Made by a program: the position numbers and the translations under genes
Notes under the pieces: model-generated
Told to the model about the DNA's origin: nothing
Database searches by the model: none
The model's input: only the letters and a program-made list of their open reading frames with translations
In this document: in pieces, positions 18,399 through 28,077 of the stretch
Layout of the letters: every line of letters begins with the position of its first letter
Position numbering within the stretch: the first letter of the stretch is position 1
Origin: an uncultured Sulfolobales archaeon
Lineage (GTDB): Archaea > Thermoproteota > Thermoprotei_A > Sulfolobales > Desulfurococcaceae
Direction: 5' to 3'
DNA: 64,000 nt
NCBI GenBank assembly: GCA_938045475.1
Contig: CALIML010000015.1
Span: 4,889 to 68,888, forward strand

Positions 18399-18450
18399 TC
18401 AGAAGCCTGATTTATCTTCACCATCCATCAGGCCTTACAAGCATCATCAC
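18399..18450 (-). ncRNA. C/D box sRNA, strong candidate
   Basis: The minus strand reads GUGAUGA(C)-12nt-CUGA(D')-7nt-UGAAGA(C')-12nt-CUGA(D), 52 nt. An otherwise orphan TATA-like TTTATATAGG (plus 18473-18486) lies about 25-35 nt upstream on the same strand. Confidence 0.6.
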
Positions 18451-18573
18451 TTTATTCAGAGTAAATAGTAATCCTATATAAATATTGTTGGCGGCTCAAC
18501 TCATGGCTTTCTACAATCTCTGAATTCTTTATTAACTTACGCCTTACGCAATTTAACTTCAGGTGCTGCAGCT

Positions 18574-19053
18574 ATGTGTATCCTAAGCCCTGAGGACATT
18601 GCTAAAGTACTGGGTGTGCCGGAGCATAAACTCGATTGCTCCGGCATAAAGCTCACTTTAGCTGAAGTATATGCCTTAGGAAGTAGAGGGGAGCTGCGCC
18701 GAGACAGTAGGGAAATTCCTATTTATAACCAAGTACTGCCTGAAAAAGACTCCTTCCACCTAGGCCCAGGCTCATACGTGATAAGGTACTCTGAAGAAGT
18801 GTCTATACCAAATAACTGCGTGGGGTTAGCTATCCCTAGATCATCGCTCATTAGAATGGGGGCTTTTCTAGCTACAGCAGTCTGGGATCCTGGGTACTGT
18901 GGCAGAGGGGTGGGTCTTTTAACAGTGTATAATCCGCATGGAGTATCCATTTCTATCGGAACACAAGTGGCTCAACTAGTGTTAATAAAGATGTGTAGCG
19001 AGACGGCGAAGACTTATAGAGGTATGTATCAAGGCGAAGGACTTTGGATTTAA
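18574..19053 (+). CDS. dut: dUTPase / dCTP deaminase family protein
   Basis: 159 aa. The block GLAIPRSSLIRMGAFLATAVWDPGYCGRGVGLL...QLVL is typical of the trimeric dUTPase/dCTP deaminase fold. Confidence 0.75.
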   Translation: MCILSPEDIAKVLGVPEHKLDCSGIKLTLAEVYALGSRGELRRDSREIPIYNQVLPEKDSFHLGPGSYVIRYSEEVSIPNNCVGLAIPRSSLIRMGAFLATAVWDPGYCGRGVGLLTVYNPHGVSISIGTQVAQLVLIKMCSETAKTYRGMYQGEGLWI

Positions 19054-19228
19054 GGGAGTTTACAGCAATGCTCTCAGCGATAAGCTGAGCTCACCTTAGA
19101 TCTGCGTAAGGTCGCTCAATGCAATGAGGCGTTGGAGTCACTAAATATTTATATACCAGTTTATTGTAGACTACCCTTACCTAAAGCTGCAATTGCGTAC
19201 ATACTCTACGTGGCGCGGATGATCGGCA

Positions 19229-20437
19229 TTGGCTGATCCTTTCATATTGATGATGGGCTTAGCGGCTGCATTTGCCGCTGCATGGATTAATGGAGCTAAC
19301 AATGCCGCTAACTCTATTGGAACAGTAGTTGGCTCTAAAGCTATTGAGTTAAGGAAGGCTCTACTCTATGGATCTTTGGCTGAATTAGTGGGGGCAGTGC
19401 TCTGCGGCTCACTCATATCAATGACTTTGGCAAGAGATTTAATAAAGTTTGAAAACGTCGATGACAGATGGGCTTTAATAGGCATGGCCTCTGCTATCAT
19501 AGCTGCAACGCTGTGGGGCTTGATGTCAACCATATTGAAGATCCCAATAAGTATTAGTCAATCCATAGTTGCTGGAATAGCTGGATTCAGCCTCATGAAG
19601 TTCGGTGTTCAAAGCGTGAACTGGCCCGTTATACTGAAGATCCTTGTGTCATGGGTTCTCGCACCCTTTATAAGTGCTTCAATAGCTTTCACAGCGCAGA
19701 AAGCCGTTTTAGGGGCTTTCGCAGAGCATTCAGGTAAACGCATCGTGATTACAGCAGATCTTTTTCTTTACACACTGTTGGCTTCAATGACTATTCCTCT
19801 ATTTGCAGCAATTAATGGAGGAGGCTCGCTTGTTCTATCGACAGCACTACCGCTGGCTACACCGCTTGCCTTAACCATGCTTCTCCATCTACGCTTAGTA
19901 AAGAAGATGGCTTCTGTAGAGGGAGGCAGCATTAGTAGATCTATCTTTAAAGAACTTCTATTATGCGCCTCCATAGCAATGGCCTTTAGTCACGGAGCAC
20001 ATGATGCCGCAAATACAGCTGGACCTCTTTTCACTATAATGCATGCATCCGGCTCCTGGTTTACTGATAGCAGGGAAGCAATAATGCTTGCACTGCTTAT
20101 ATCAGGCGTAGGCATATCTTTAGGTGTAATAATGTGGGGGCATACAGTTGTTGAAACAATTGGCGCTAAGATAACGCTGCTTACGCCGGAGACTGGGTTC
20201 TTAGCGCAGTACGCTGCCTCCATAACTATTATGACGTTTGTTGGGCTAGGCATACCTATTTCAACTAGTGCATGCATAGTTGGAGGAGTAATGGGAGTCG
20301 GTCTTGCCAAGGGGTTGAAGTACGTTGACTACAGAGTATTGAGCAAAATATTTGCCTTATGGTACTTAACTATTCCAGTAGTAGCCTCATTATCCATATG
20401 CATTTCCTACGTACTTCAATCCCTTGCTGCTACTTGA
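19229..20437 (+). CDS. Inorganic phosphate transporter, PiT family
   Basis: 402-aa polytopic protein with the duplicated PiT signature GANNAANSIGT and HGAHDAANTAGP. Confidence 0.9.
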   Translation: MADPFILMMGLAAAFAAAWINGANNAANSIGTVVGSKAIELRKALLYGSLAELVGAVLCGSLISMTLARDLIKFENVDDRWALIGMASAIIAATLWGLMSTILKIPISISQSIVAGIAGFSLMKFGVQSVNWPVILKILVSWVLAPFISASIAFTAQKAVLGAFAEHSGKRIVITADLFLYTLLASMTIPLFAAINGGGSLVLSTALPLATPLALTMLLHLRLVKKMASVEGGSISRSIFKELLLCASIAMAFSHGAHDAANTAGPLFTIMHASGSWFTDSREAIMLALLISGVGISLGVIMWGHTVVETIGAKITLLTPETGFLAQYAASITIMTFVGLGIPISTSACIVGGVMGVGLAKGLKYVDYRVLSKIFALWYLTIPVVASLSICISYVLQSLAAT

Positions 20438-21095
20438 ATGGATGCGATTTATATTCAACTATGAGTGCTCTTACAACATCTGCTGCGTCTTCACAAGCAT
20501 TTGCCGCTAACTCTAAGTAGTTAAGCAAGTCGAAGAGGACTATTAGTAGGCCAACGGGCTTCACTTTATCGCTAAGATCAACCAACATAGTCTTGGTTTC
20601 CACAGTTATCACATCTGCTTCTTCCTCAAGCCTTTCCACTTCATCGGATAGCTTAAACGCCTTGTCATAATTTAAGTCTAAGAGGGCTTTTACAGCTTCA
20701 GAGGCTCTTTTAGCAGCTTCATGTATTTTATCAACCATCCTTACATAGTTCTTCCTCAAGGAACTCGGTATCTCTAAGTAAGGTATTATTGTAAGAGTGC
20801 TTGCAGCTTCCTTCACTCCATCAGCTATAAGCTCTAGCCTCTTGACTAAGTGCGAAACATCTTCTTTGTAAGTAGGGGGTATTTCTGCTGCTTCAAGCAG
20901 ACTCATCATTCTCCTCCTATACTCATCTGCAGCCTTCTCTTTTTCCATGGATTTACTCAGCCTTCTCCTAGCGTCACTAAGAGCCATTTTCTCAAAGTCG
21001 TTGATTGCGTCTCTGAACTCGCTTATACAGTCGACTACGAGCTCAAGGTACTTATTAAAGAGGTTTTTGAAGTCTTCATACCACACAGAGACCAC
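20430..21095 (-). CDS. DUF47 / PhoU-like phosphate-transport regulator family protein
   Basis: 221-aa all-helical acidic protein of the type usually paired with PiT (COG1392-like). It converges on the PiT gene and overlaps it by 8 nt. Confidence 0.7.
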   Translation of the reverse strand: MVSVWYEDFKNLFNKYLELVVDCISEFRDAINDFEKMALSDARRRLSKSMEKEKAADEYRRRMMSLLEAAEIPPTYKEDVSHLVKRLELIADGVKEAASTLTIIPYLEIPSSLRKNYVRMVDKIHEAAKRASEAVKALLDLNYDKAFKLSDEVERLEEEADVITVETKTMLVDLSDKVKPVGLLIVLFDLLNYLELAANACEDAADVVRALIVEYKSHPFK

Positions 21096-21219
21096 TGGTA
21101 GGTATGATTAAGTGTGGAGTATTTAAATTAATGAACCATGATATTCAAAGTCCTTGACGCACTGTTGAATAAAGGTATCCCGCGTTGTAGGCTGCTGTAT
21201 TTAAAGGCCCGGCGCTTCC

Positions 21220-22515
21220 TTAGCCAGTTGGGCAAACAGTCTCCGGAATGACTCCTTCATAAGTCGCTCTCACCTGCTCCTTCATTTCAGCTATAGTCTT
21301 GAGGGCTTCAACTAAGTAGTCGACTTCCTCAATAGTGTTGTATATGTAGTAGCTAGCTCTAACAGTGCCCTTTAACCTAAGCCTATAGTGCAATGGATGA
21401 GCGCAGTGCATGCCTGTTCTTACCGCTATAGCGTAGAGCTCATCGAGAGCCAGCCCAACTACGTGGTGGTTGACGTCCTTAATGTTAAAGGATATTATTC
21501 CACCTCTATGTGCGGGAACTCTGGGGCCATATAATTCGATGGAGTCCTGTAATTCCTCGCTAAGCCTCTTAATGGTGTACTCAGTTAATCTCTCTTCATA
21601 CATTTTCACATTGCTCATGCCGATCTTAGCTAAGTACTTTACTGCTTCAGCTAACCCCACTCCTTCCGCTATTGGAGGAGTGCCTGCCTCAAATCTCCAC
21701 GGCAAGTCATGCCATATGACTTCTTCGAGAGTTACATCTTTGATAGTGTCTCCACCAGTCTTGAATAAAGGCATTTCATTGAGTATCTCCCTCCTACCCC
21801 ATAGAACTCCTATTCCCGTTGGGCCAAGCATTTTGTGCCCACTGAACGCTAAAAAGTCTACGTCAAGCTCCCTCACATTAGTTGGCATGTGCGGCACGCT
21901 TTGAGCTCCATCAAGTACTACTATTGCGCCCACTTCGCGGGCTAGCTTAGCTACTTCCCTAACTGCCTCTGGCTCAATTATTGTGCCGAGAACGTTGCTC
22001 ATGCCTGGTATGGCAACTACCCTCGTTCTCTCATTTATTAACTCCTTAAACATGTCGTGCTTCAAGTAGCCATCATCAGTTATATCTACATAAACTACTT
22101 CAGCGCCCTTCATTTCCGCTATACGCCTCCATGGAAGCATGTTGCTGTGATGATCCATTATTGTAAGCACTATCCTATCTCCTTCACTAATGTTTGAAAG
22201 ACCCCATGAGTAGGCCACGAGGTTTATTGAATCAGTTGTATTTGAAGTAAATATCACTTCATCCCATGAGTGGGCGTTAATGAACTTTGCAACGACTTCA
22301 TGGGCCTCCTCATATAGTTGGCTCGCCTCCTGACTCAGTGTGTGAAGTCCTCTGTGGATATTCGCGTTGTACTTAGTGTAGAACTCGACAATGGCGTTTA
22401 TGACTTGAATAGGCTTCTGACTAGTTGCTGCATTATCTAAGTAAACAATCCTCCTTCCATTAACTAGCCTCTCAAGTATTGGGAAGTCCTTCCTGATTTC
22501 ATAAGGATCCAGCAA
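21220..22515 (-). CDS. sufS: Cysteine desulfurase (SufS/CsdA-type, class-V aminotransferase)
   Basis: 431 aa with the PLP-lysine block FSGHKMLGPTGIGVLWGR and the active-site Cys block RTGMHCAHPL. Confidence 0.9.
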   Translation of the reverse strand: MLDPYEIRKDFPILERLVNGRRIVYLDNAATSQKPIQVINAIVEFYTKYNANIHRGLHTLSQEASQLYEEAHEVVAKFINAHSWDEVIFTSNTTDSINLVAYSWGLSNISEGDRIVLTIMDHHSNMLPWRRIAEMKGAEVVYVDITDDGYLKHDMFKELINERTRVVAIPGMSNVLGTIIEPEAVREVAKLAREVGAIVVLDGAQSVPHMPTNVRELDVDFLAFSGHKMLGPTGIGVLWGRREILNEMPLFKTGGDTIKDVTLEEVIWHDLPWRFEAGTPPIAEGVGLAEAVKYLAKIGMSNVKMYEERLTEYTIKRLSEELQDSIELYGPRVPAHRGGIISFNIKDVNHHVVGLALDELYAIAVRTGMHCAHPLHYRLRLKGTVRASYYIYNTIEEVDYLVEALKTIAEMKEQVRATYEGVIPETVCPTG

Positions 22516-22624
22516 TAATACCGCCTCCAGAGCCCACTTAGGTAACCTATTTGAAGGTATTAAGGCTAATAAGGTATTAAATCTTACCTTCCTACCTTAT
22601 ATGTATTGAGATGCTGGATAAACG

Positions 22625-24169
22625 GTGTTTAAATTGATTACTACAAAGGAGATGAGAATTCTTGAAGTCAATTCAGTTGGGCTAGGAGTATCCACTAGAA
22701 TACTCATGGAGGCAGCCGGCAAGAGTGTGGCTGACTTAATAGCTTCGAAAGTTAAACCAAGCAGAGATCTAAGGGTAGTAGTACTCGTTGGAAAGGGGGG
22801 GAACGGTGGAGACGGCCTTGTTGCAGCAAGATACCTCGCAAGCTACGGCTGCAGAGTTGAAGTTATTCCAAGCCATTCGCCAAGAGAGCTAGAGCACCCG
22901 GACACTAAGTATAACATGGATATTGTGGCTAGACTGCCCTCAATAACCATTCATAGTCCAGGGGATCCTGAGCCAATTAATGAAGCTTCAATAATTGTAG
23001 ACGCTCTTCTTGGAACGGGAGTTAAAGGCGTATTAAGGGATCCTATTAAACGCCTTGTGGAGGCATCAAATGGAGTCGATGCAGTGCTTAAAGTAGCTGT
23101 AGATACTCCAACAGGCCTCGATCCAGACACGGGGGAAGTTCATGGAGTAGCTTTTAAAGCTGACGTCACTGTAACGATGCATGACTTAAAGCCGGGCTTG
23201 CTAAAGAGGCCTGAGCTCGTTGGAGAAATAGTTGTAGCCAACATAGGTATACCTATTGAGGCCAAACTATACGTCGGTCCAGGAGACGTGATCTATGGTA
23301 GGCCCGTAAAGCCTCCTACAGCGCATAAAGGAATGGGGGGGAAAGTAATGGTGATCGGCGGCTCAAAGTACTACACTGGAGCGCCAGCTCTCGTAGGCGA
23401 GGCTGCACTGGCTTCTGGAGCAGATCTAGCATTCGTGGTTGTCCCCGAAGCCATTAAGCCCGTGGTCTCAGGCTATTCTGAGGAGCTAATAGTTCTCGGA
23501 GTCCCCGGCGATTCCTTTAGTGAAGAGAGCATTGAGCTAGCGTCTAAGTACTATGAGTTATTTAAGCCGCACTCAATAGTATTCGGCAATGGGCTCAGCA
23601 GAGAGCCTGAAGCAATGAAGTTTGCCGAGAAGTTCATTGAATGGGCTGTCGCAATGAAAGCTCCATTAGTTATAGATGCCGATGCCTTAAGGGCGATAAG
23701 ATATGGCGCTACTAAGCTATCTTGGAGAGCAGTAATTACTCCTCACAGAGGCGAGTTCAAAGCCCTCACAGGAGTAGAGTTGGCTGAGAACCCCTACGTT
23801 GACTACCGCCATGTAGTCAATGCAAGTAAAGTCCTTGAATCAACAGTGCTTCTCAAAGCCCCCGTAGACATTATTGCCCAAGGAGATGACTACAGGTTTA
23901 ATAAAACTGGGAACCCAGGTATGACTGTCGGAGGCACTGGAGACGTACTTGCTGGAATCGTTGGCGCAGTTTACGCATACACAGGTGATCCATATATGTC
24001 TGCATCAATAGCGGCCTACCTAAATGGATTAGCCGGGGACTATCTTCTAAGAGTTCTTGGCGAAAACCCCCTGCCAACAAAAATAGTGAACGTACTGCCG
24101 CGCGTAATTAATGAAGTCCTCGAAGTCCATTTAAGAACGTATAACGTTGCATTAAACTCTAATGACTGA
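22625..24169 (+). CDS. nnr: Bifunctional NAD(P)H-hydrate repair enzyme (epimerase plus ADP-dependent dehydratase)
   Basis: 514 aa. N-terminal YjeF-N domain (GKGGNGGDG) fused to a C-terminal carbohydrate-kinase-like domain (GGTGDVLAG). Confidence 0.9.
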   Translation: MFKLITTKEMRILEVNSVGLGVSTRILMEAAGKSVADLIASKVKPSRDLRVVVLVGKGGNGGDGLVAARYLASYGCRVEVIPSHSPRELEHPDTKYNMDIVARLPSITIHSPGDPEPINEASIIVDALLGTGVKGVLRDPIKRLVEASNGVDAVLKVAVDTPTGLDPDTGEVHGVAFKADVTVTMHDLKPGLLKRPELVGEIVVANIGIPIEAKLYVGPGDVIYGRPVKPPTAHKGMGGKVMVIGGSKYYTGAPALVGEAALASGADLAFVVVPEAIKPVVSGYSEELIVLGVPGDSFSEESIELASKYYELFKPHSIVFGNGLSREPEAMKFAEKFIEWAVAMKAPLVIDADALRAIRYGATKLSWRAVITPHRGEFKALTGVELAENPYVDYRHVVNASKVLESTVLLKAPVDIIAQGDDYRFNKTGNPGMTVGGTGDVLAGIVGAVYAYTGDPYMSASIAAYLNGLAGDYLLRVLGENPLPTKIVNVLPRVINEVLEVHLRTYNVALNSND

Positions 24170-24467
24170 GTTTCTCAACTAATTCCTTAAGTAGTTCTAC
24201 TGCTTCCCCTAGGCATTTAGCTCCCTTACTAGTTACTTCATACCTTGTCTCAGGCTCGCTGGTTTTTCTAAGAAGCCCCTCTCTAGTCATCCTATATATT
24301 ACTGAGTACACTGTGACTGTAGCCGGCTTTAATCCATAGGTCTCAACGAGCCTTCTCCTTATGTCATATGCTTTGAGAGGACCGCTATCCAATAATACTT
24401 TGATTATGTACATCCATAGATTTCCTACTGTAGTGCTTCTCCTAAGTCTTTCAATGGCTTTACTCAT
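24159..24467 (-). CDS. PadR-family transcriptional regulator
   Basis: 102 aa with a wHTH region: LWMYIIKVLLDSGPLKAYDIRRRLVETYGLKPATVTVYSVIYRMTREGLL. Confidence 0.8.
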   Translation of the reverse strand: MSKAIERLRRSTTVGNLWMYIIKVLLDSGPLKAYDIRRRLVETYGLKPATVTVYSVIYRMTREGLLRKTSEPETRYEVTSKGAKCLGEAVELLKELVEKLSH

Positions 24468-24499
24468 AGCTTACCACTTCTGCGGGATTGAACGTTGGT

Positions 24500-24527
24500 T
24501 CGGTGCCTCTAATTTATGGGGCACCGA
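24500..24527. promoter_or_regulatory. Inverted repeat bracketing the padR TATA box (putative PadR operator)
   Basis: TCGGTGCC-N12-GGCACCGA is a perfect 8-bp inverted repeat. The 12-nt spacer TCTAATTTATGG contains the TATA-like element about 45 nt upstream of the padR ATG. Confidence 0.4.
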
Positions 24528-24619
24528 GCTACGTGGAGTGTAGTTTCTCTAATTAAATTTATAAATTTCTCAACTGTTTACTACCGTTGTTGAAGTGTGT
24601 TTAATGAACTGGTGATAGC

Positions 24620-25561
24620 ATGGTGTCGAGTTTAAAGGGGAGGGACTTTCTTTCCCTAGCTGACTACAATGCAGAGGAACTGCTGTTCATCATAAATACA
24701 GCTAGGTTAGTTAAGGAGAGGCTCTATTCCGGTGAAAGAGTAATCCCCGTTCTCGCTGGAAGAATCTTAGCAATGATATTTGAGAAGCCAAGCACTAGGA
24801 CTAGAGTTAGCTTTGAAGTAGCTATGAAACAACTCGGTGGATACGCAATATACTTGAGTTGGAGGGAGCTGCAGTTAGCTAGAGGCGAGACAATAAGTGA
24901 TACTGCTAGAACTCTAGCTAGATACGTAGACGGCATTGTAGCTAGAGTATATGAGCACGAGAAGTTGGAGGAATTAGCTAAGCATAGTGATAAGCCTGTT
25001 ATAAATGGGCTTAGCAACTTGCTTCACCCCGTTCAAGCACTGTCAGACATATTCACAATAATGGAGAAAAAAGGAGATCCGAGGAAGCTTAAGATAGTCT
25101 TCGTAGGAGATGGAGGAAGCAATGTTGCACACAGCCTATTGCTAGGGCTGACAATCCTTGGTGGCGGAATAACTATAGCGTGCCCAAAGGGCTATGAGCC
25201 AGTTGAGCAAATAATGGATTTACACATAGAGATCTCTAGAAAGACCGGCGGCTACGTTGAAATAATTAACGACCCTGTAGAGGCAGTTAAGGGAGCCGAC
25301 GTAGTGTACACTGATGTATGGATCAGCATGGGAATAGAGGCTGAAGCCGAAAAGAGGCTAAAGGATTTCACTGGGTTCAGCGTAGACTCTAAGTTAATGA
25401 GTTATGCAAAGCCGGACGCTATATTCATGCATTGTCTTCCAGCACATAGAGGGATGGAAGTAACTGATGAAGTTATTGACGGGGCGTGGAGCGTAGTATG
25501 GGATCAAGCTGAAAACAGGCTTCACTTACAAAAAGCCCTTCTTTCATTAATAATCCCGTAG
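24620..25561 (+). CDS. argF: Ornithine carbamoyltransferase
   Basis: 313 aa with the motifs STRTR, HPVQ, DVWISMG and HCLPAHRG. Confidence 0.9.
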   Translation: MVSSLKGRDFLSLADYNAEELLFIINTARLVKERLYSGERVIPVLAGRILAMIFEKPSTRTRVSFEVAMKQLGGYAIYLSWRELQLARGETISDTARTLARYVDGIVARVYEHEKLEELAKHSDKPVINGLSNLLHPVQALSDIFTIMEKKGDPRKLKIVFVGDGGSNVAHSLLLGLTILGGGITIACPKGYEPVEQIMDLHIEISRKTGGYVEIINDPVEAVKGADVVYTDVWISMGIEAEAEKRLKDFTGFSVDSKLMSYAKPDAIFMHCLPAHRGMEVTDEVIDGAWSVVWDQAENRLHLQKALLSLIIP

Positions 25562-25618
25562 CTGTGAAGTAAGTTAAAATAAGGCTTTTAACGACCATAT
25601 TTCATACACTTAGGGAAT

Positions 25619-28006
25619 GTGAGGAGAATGTTGCTTTCCACGATCGGCGGAGCCCTTAAATTTATGAGCGCCCCTAAGGCCAGGGGTGTTATAAAGATAC
25701 TGGTGCTGATCGCTCTAATGGCATCCGGCATTTGCCTAAGACTTGCGCCAACTCTTGGAGTAATTGAAAGATATGGCTATAGCCATGCGCTTGAATTACA
25801 CGAGAACGATCCTTGGATAGAGTATTGGGTAACAGAGTTCATTTACAAACACGGGGTTTTAAGCTGGTGGAGGCTTACTCCAAGCGATCCTGAGTTTGGC
25901 CAAGTAGTCAAGGCCTTTTACTATCCGTGGGGCAGGGATTTCCCCACCTCATCGTTCTTCGGCCTTAATGCTGTAGCAGCACTTACCTACCCACTCGCCG
26001 GAGCATTTGGTCTTTCACTAAAGGAGTGGGTGTCCCTACAGCCATTAATTTACGCTGTAGTAACTATGGTGGTGCTATATTTTTTAGTTAAGGAGCTAAC
26101 TGATGGCAGTGACTTAGCTGCTTTAGCGTCAGTATTTGCGTACGTCGCTTTGCCGTCAACTGTGGATAGAACTACAGTTACTTTTGTAGAAAAGACTGGT
26201 GCTGGAATAGCTTTCATACTGCTCTCACTACTGTTTTACTCTAGATCAGTGAAGGTATTTAAGTCGAATTTCAAGAAAGCAATGCTTTACGCAGCCCTTG
26301 CGGGAGCGTCAATGGGTGTTGTGGGCTGGTATTGGGGGGGATTCCAATACGTTTTTGCAGCATTTCCACTAGCTGTAGCTGTTTACCCAATCCTCTCACG
26401 TGATAAGCCTACATTAAAGTTCCTATCGCTCAACATTGCTGTAAGCGCTGTTAGCTTAGCTGTTTCAGCTCCAGCTCTATCAAACCTGGTTTCACTAGGC
26501 TTTTACCCTGAGTTCAAGCTCACTGGTGTAGGAACTATGGCTTTAGCATCCTATATTCTTCCAATTATTTACGTTTATGGCTTAAGTAAGAGGGTTTTAA
26601 ATAAGCGCAGATACCTGTTGCTCATATTAATAATTGGATCGATTGCAGCATACTTAGTGTTTACAGGCAGGACCACTATAGGTGGTAGGACTCTCTTAGC
26701 GCTAACTCCCCCACCGCTAAGGGGGTTGATCGATGTAAGTCCCCTCGTTGAAAGCGTGGGAGAGCATCAACCGGGCGTTGGAGAGATATTCAGTGAGGCG
26801 TGGGGTTACTTAGGCATAGTTGTCGCAATCATTGGATCCATATACATTCTTGTTAAGGGGAGAGCGGATCATATAGTGATCTTCACATTAACAATTATAG
26901 CGATCTACGCATACATAAATGTAGCTTACTTCAGTACTTTAGCTGCAACATTTGCTGTAATAAACATAGGCATAGTGATCGGGGCATTGATATCCATAGC
27001 TATCCCCCGGAGACCTAGAGTTGGGAAGAGGAGGGCTTCAGTAACTCTTACCAAGAGGGTTTCTTGGGGCAAGATTGCATTAACTTCTATGCTTATAGCA
27101 GTCATAGTCGTTCCATTAACTTACGCTACAACATACCACTTCTCCGCCCACAAAATGGCTTACCCATCGATGTTTGTTGCTGGAACCGGCATACCGAGCC
27201 GCAATGATGCGTGGTATGAAGCCCTGGACTTAATGTCGCGAAATACGAGTAGTGAAGCATTGATAGTGACGTGGTGGGACTACGGCTATTGGGTTACAGT
27301 AAACACTGGTCGTGCAACATTAGCTGATGGCTCTACGCTTAATGGTACTCAAATAGAGTTATTGGCTAAAGCATTAACGAGCTTTAATGGCTCAGAAGTA
27401 GTCAGTATATTGAGGGATTGCCTTAATGCACCACTTGATGAAACCTACATAGTTGTCTACGATGTATTCCAGTTTGTGAAGCAAGGTAACGTTACATACG
27501 TCTTCCCACTACACGGCCAAGCAGGGTTAGGCATGGCTGGTAGAGTAGATATACCGAAGAGCATTTGGATGATCAGGATTGGTGGCAGAGACCCGAGTCA
27601 GTACCTCTATTTATACAGGCTGTCGACTCAAGCAGGAGTGAACTACGTGATCTCGCCCAGGTTTGATGAACCCGGCTCCCTTCCATTAATATACAAAATG
27701 ATGGTTAATGGAATACTTTACTTGAATATCCAGGAAAATGGGGCGAACACCAGCTATCAATTCCTTTGGTATACGGGATCTGAGGCTGGAGTAGACTATG
27801 GCATTAGTAGATATGTTGAGTCCTTGGGTATTTCTAGGCAAATAAATGTCGCCAGCTTTAAATTCATAGGATTTGAGGAGTACAACAATACTTTGCCGGA
27901 GTGCGTGAAGCCCTATGGAGTTGTATTTAGGCAATTCTACGAATACACTGATCTATACACTGTAGTATTCATCTATAAGGTGGATTTCTCTTGCAGTATT
28001 AGTTGA
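25619..28006 (+). CDS. aglB: Archaeal oligosaccharyltransferase AglB (STT3 family)
   Basis: 795 aa with a multi-TM N-terminal half and the WWDYGYW motif in IVTWWDYGYWVT. Confidence 0.9.
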   Translation: MRRMLLSTIGGALKFMSAPKARGVIKILVLIALMASGICLRLAPTLGVIERYGYSHALELHENDPWIEYWVTEFIYKHGVLSWWRLTPSDPEFGQVVKAFYYPWGRDFPTSSFFGLNAVAALTYPLAGAFGLSLKEWVSLQPLIYAVVTMVVLYFLVKELTDGSDLAALASVFAYVALPSTVDRTTVTFVEKTGAGIAFILLSLLFYSRSVKVFKSNFKKAMLYAALAGASMGVVGWYWGGFQYVFAAFPLAVAVYPILSRDKPTLKFLSLNIAVSAVSLAVSAPALSNLVSLGFYPEFKLTGVGTMALASYILPIIYVYGLSKRVLNKRRYLLLILIIGSIAAYLVFTGRTTIGGRTLLALTPPPLRGLIDVSPLVESVGEHQPGVGEIFSEAWGYLGIVVAIIGSIYILVKGRADHIVIFTLTIIAIYAYINVAYFSTLAATFAVINIGIVIGALISIAIPRRPRVGKRRASVTLTKRVSWGKIALTSMLIAVIVVPLTYATTYHFSAHKMAYPSMFVAGTGIPSRNDAWYEALDLMSRNTSSEALIVTWWDYGYWVTVNTGRATLADGSTLNGTQIELLAKALTSFNGSEVVSILRDCLNAPLDETYIVVYDVFQFVKQGNVTYVFPLHGQAGLGMAGRVDIPKSIWMIRIGGRDPSQYLYLYRLSTQAGVNYVISPRFDEPGSLPLIYKMMVNGILYLNIQENGANTSYQFLWYTGSEAGVDYGISRYVESLGISRQINVASFKFIGFEEYNNTLPECVKPYGVVFRQFYEYTDLYTVVFIYKVDFSCSIS

Positions 28007-28038
28007 GTTATTTTATACAGCATATTGTCCATCATATA

Positions 28039-28048
28039 TTTTCTTTTT
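28039..28048 (+). terminator. Oligo-T termination signal downstream of aglB
   Basis: TTTTCTTTTT lies about 35 nt after the aglB stop. Oligo-T tracts are the established archaeal termination signal. Confidence 0.35.
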
Positions 28049-28077
28049 AAAACTAACTTCACTAAAGTAGTTCCCTG

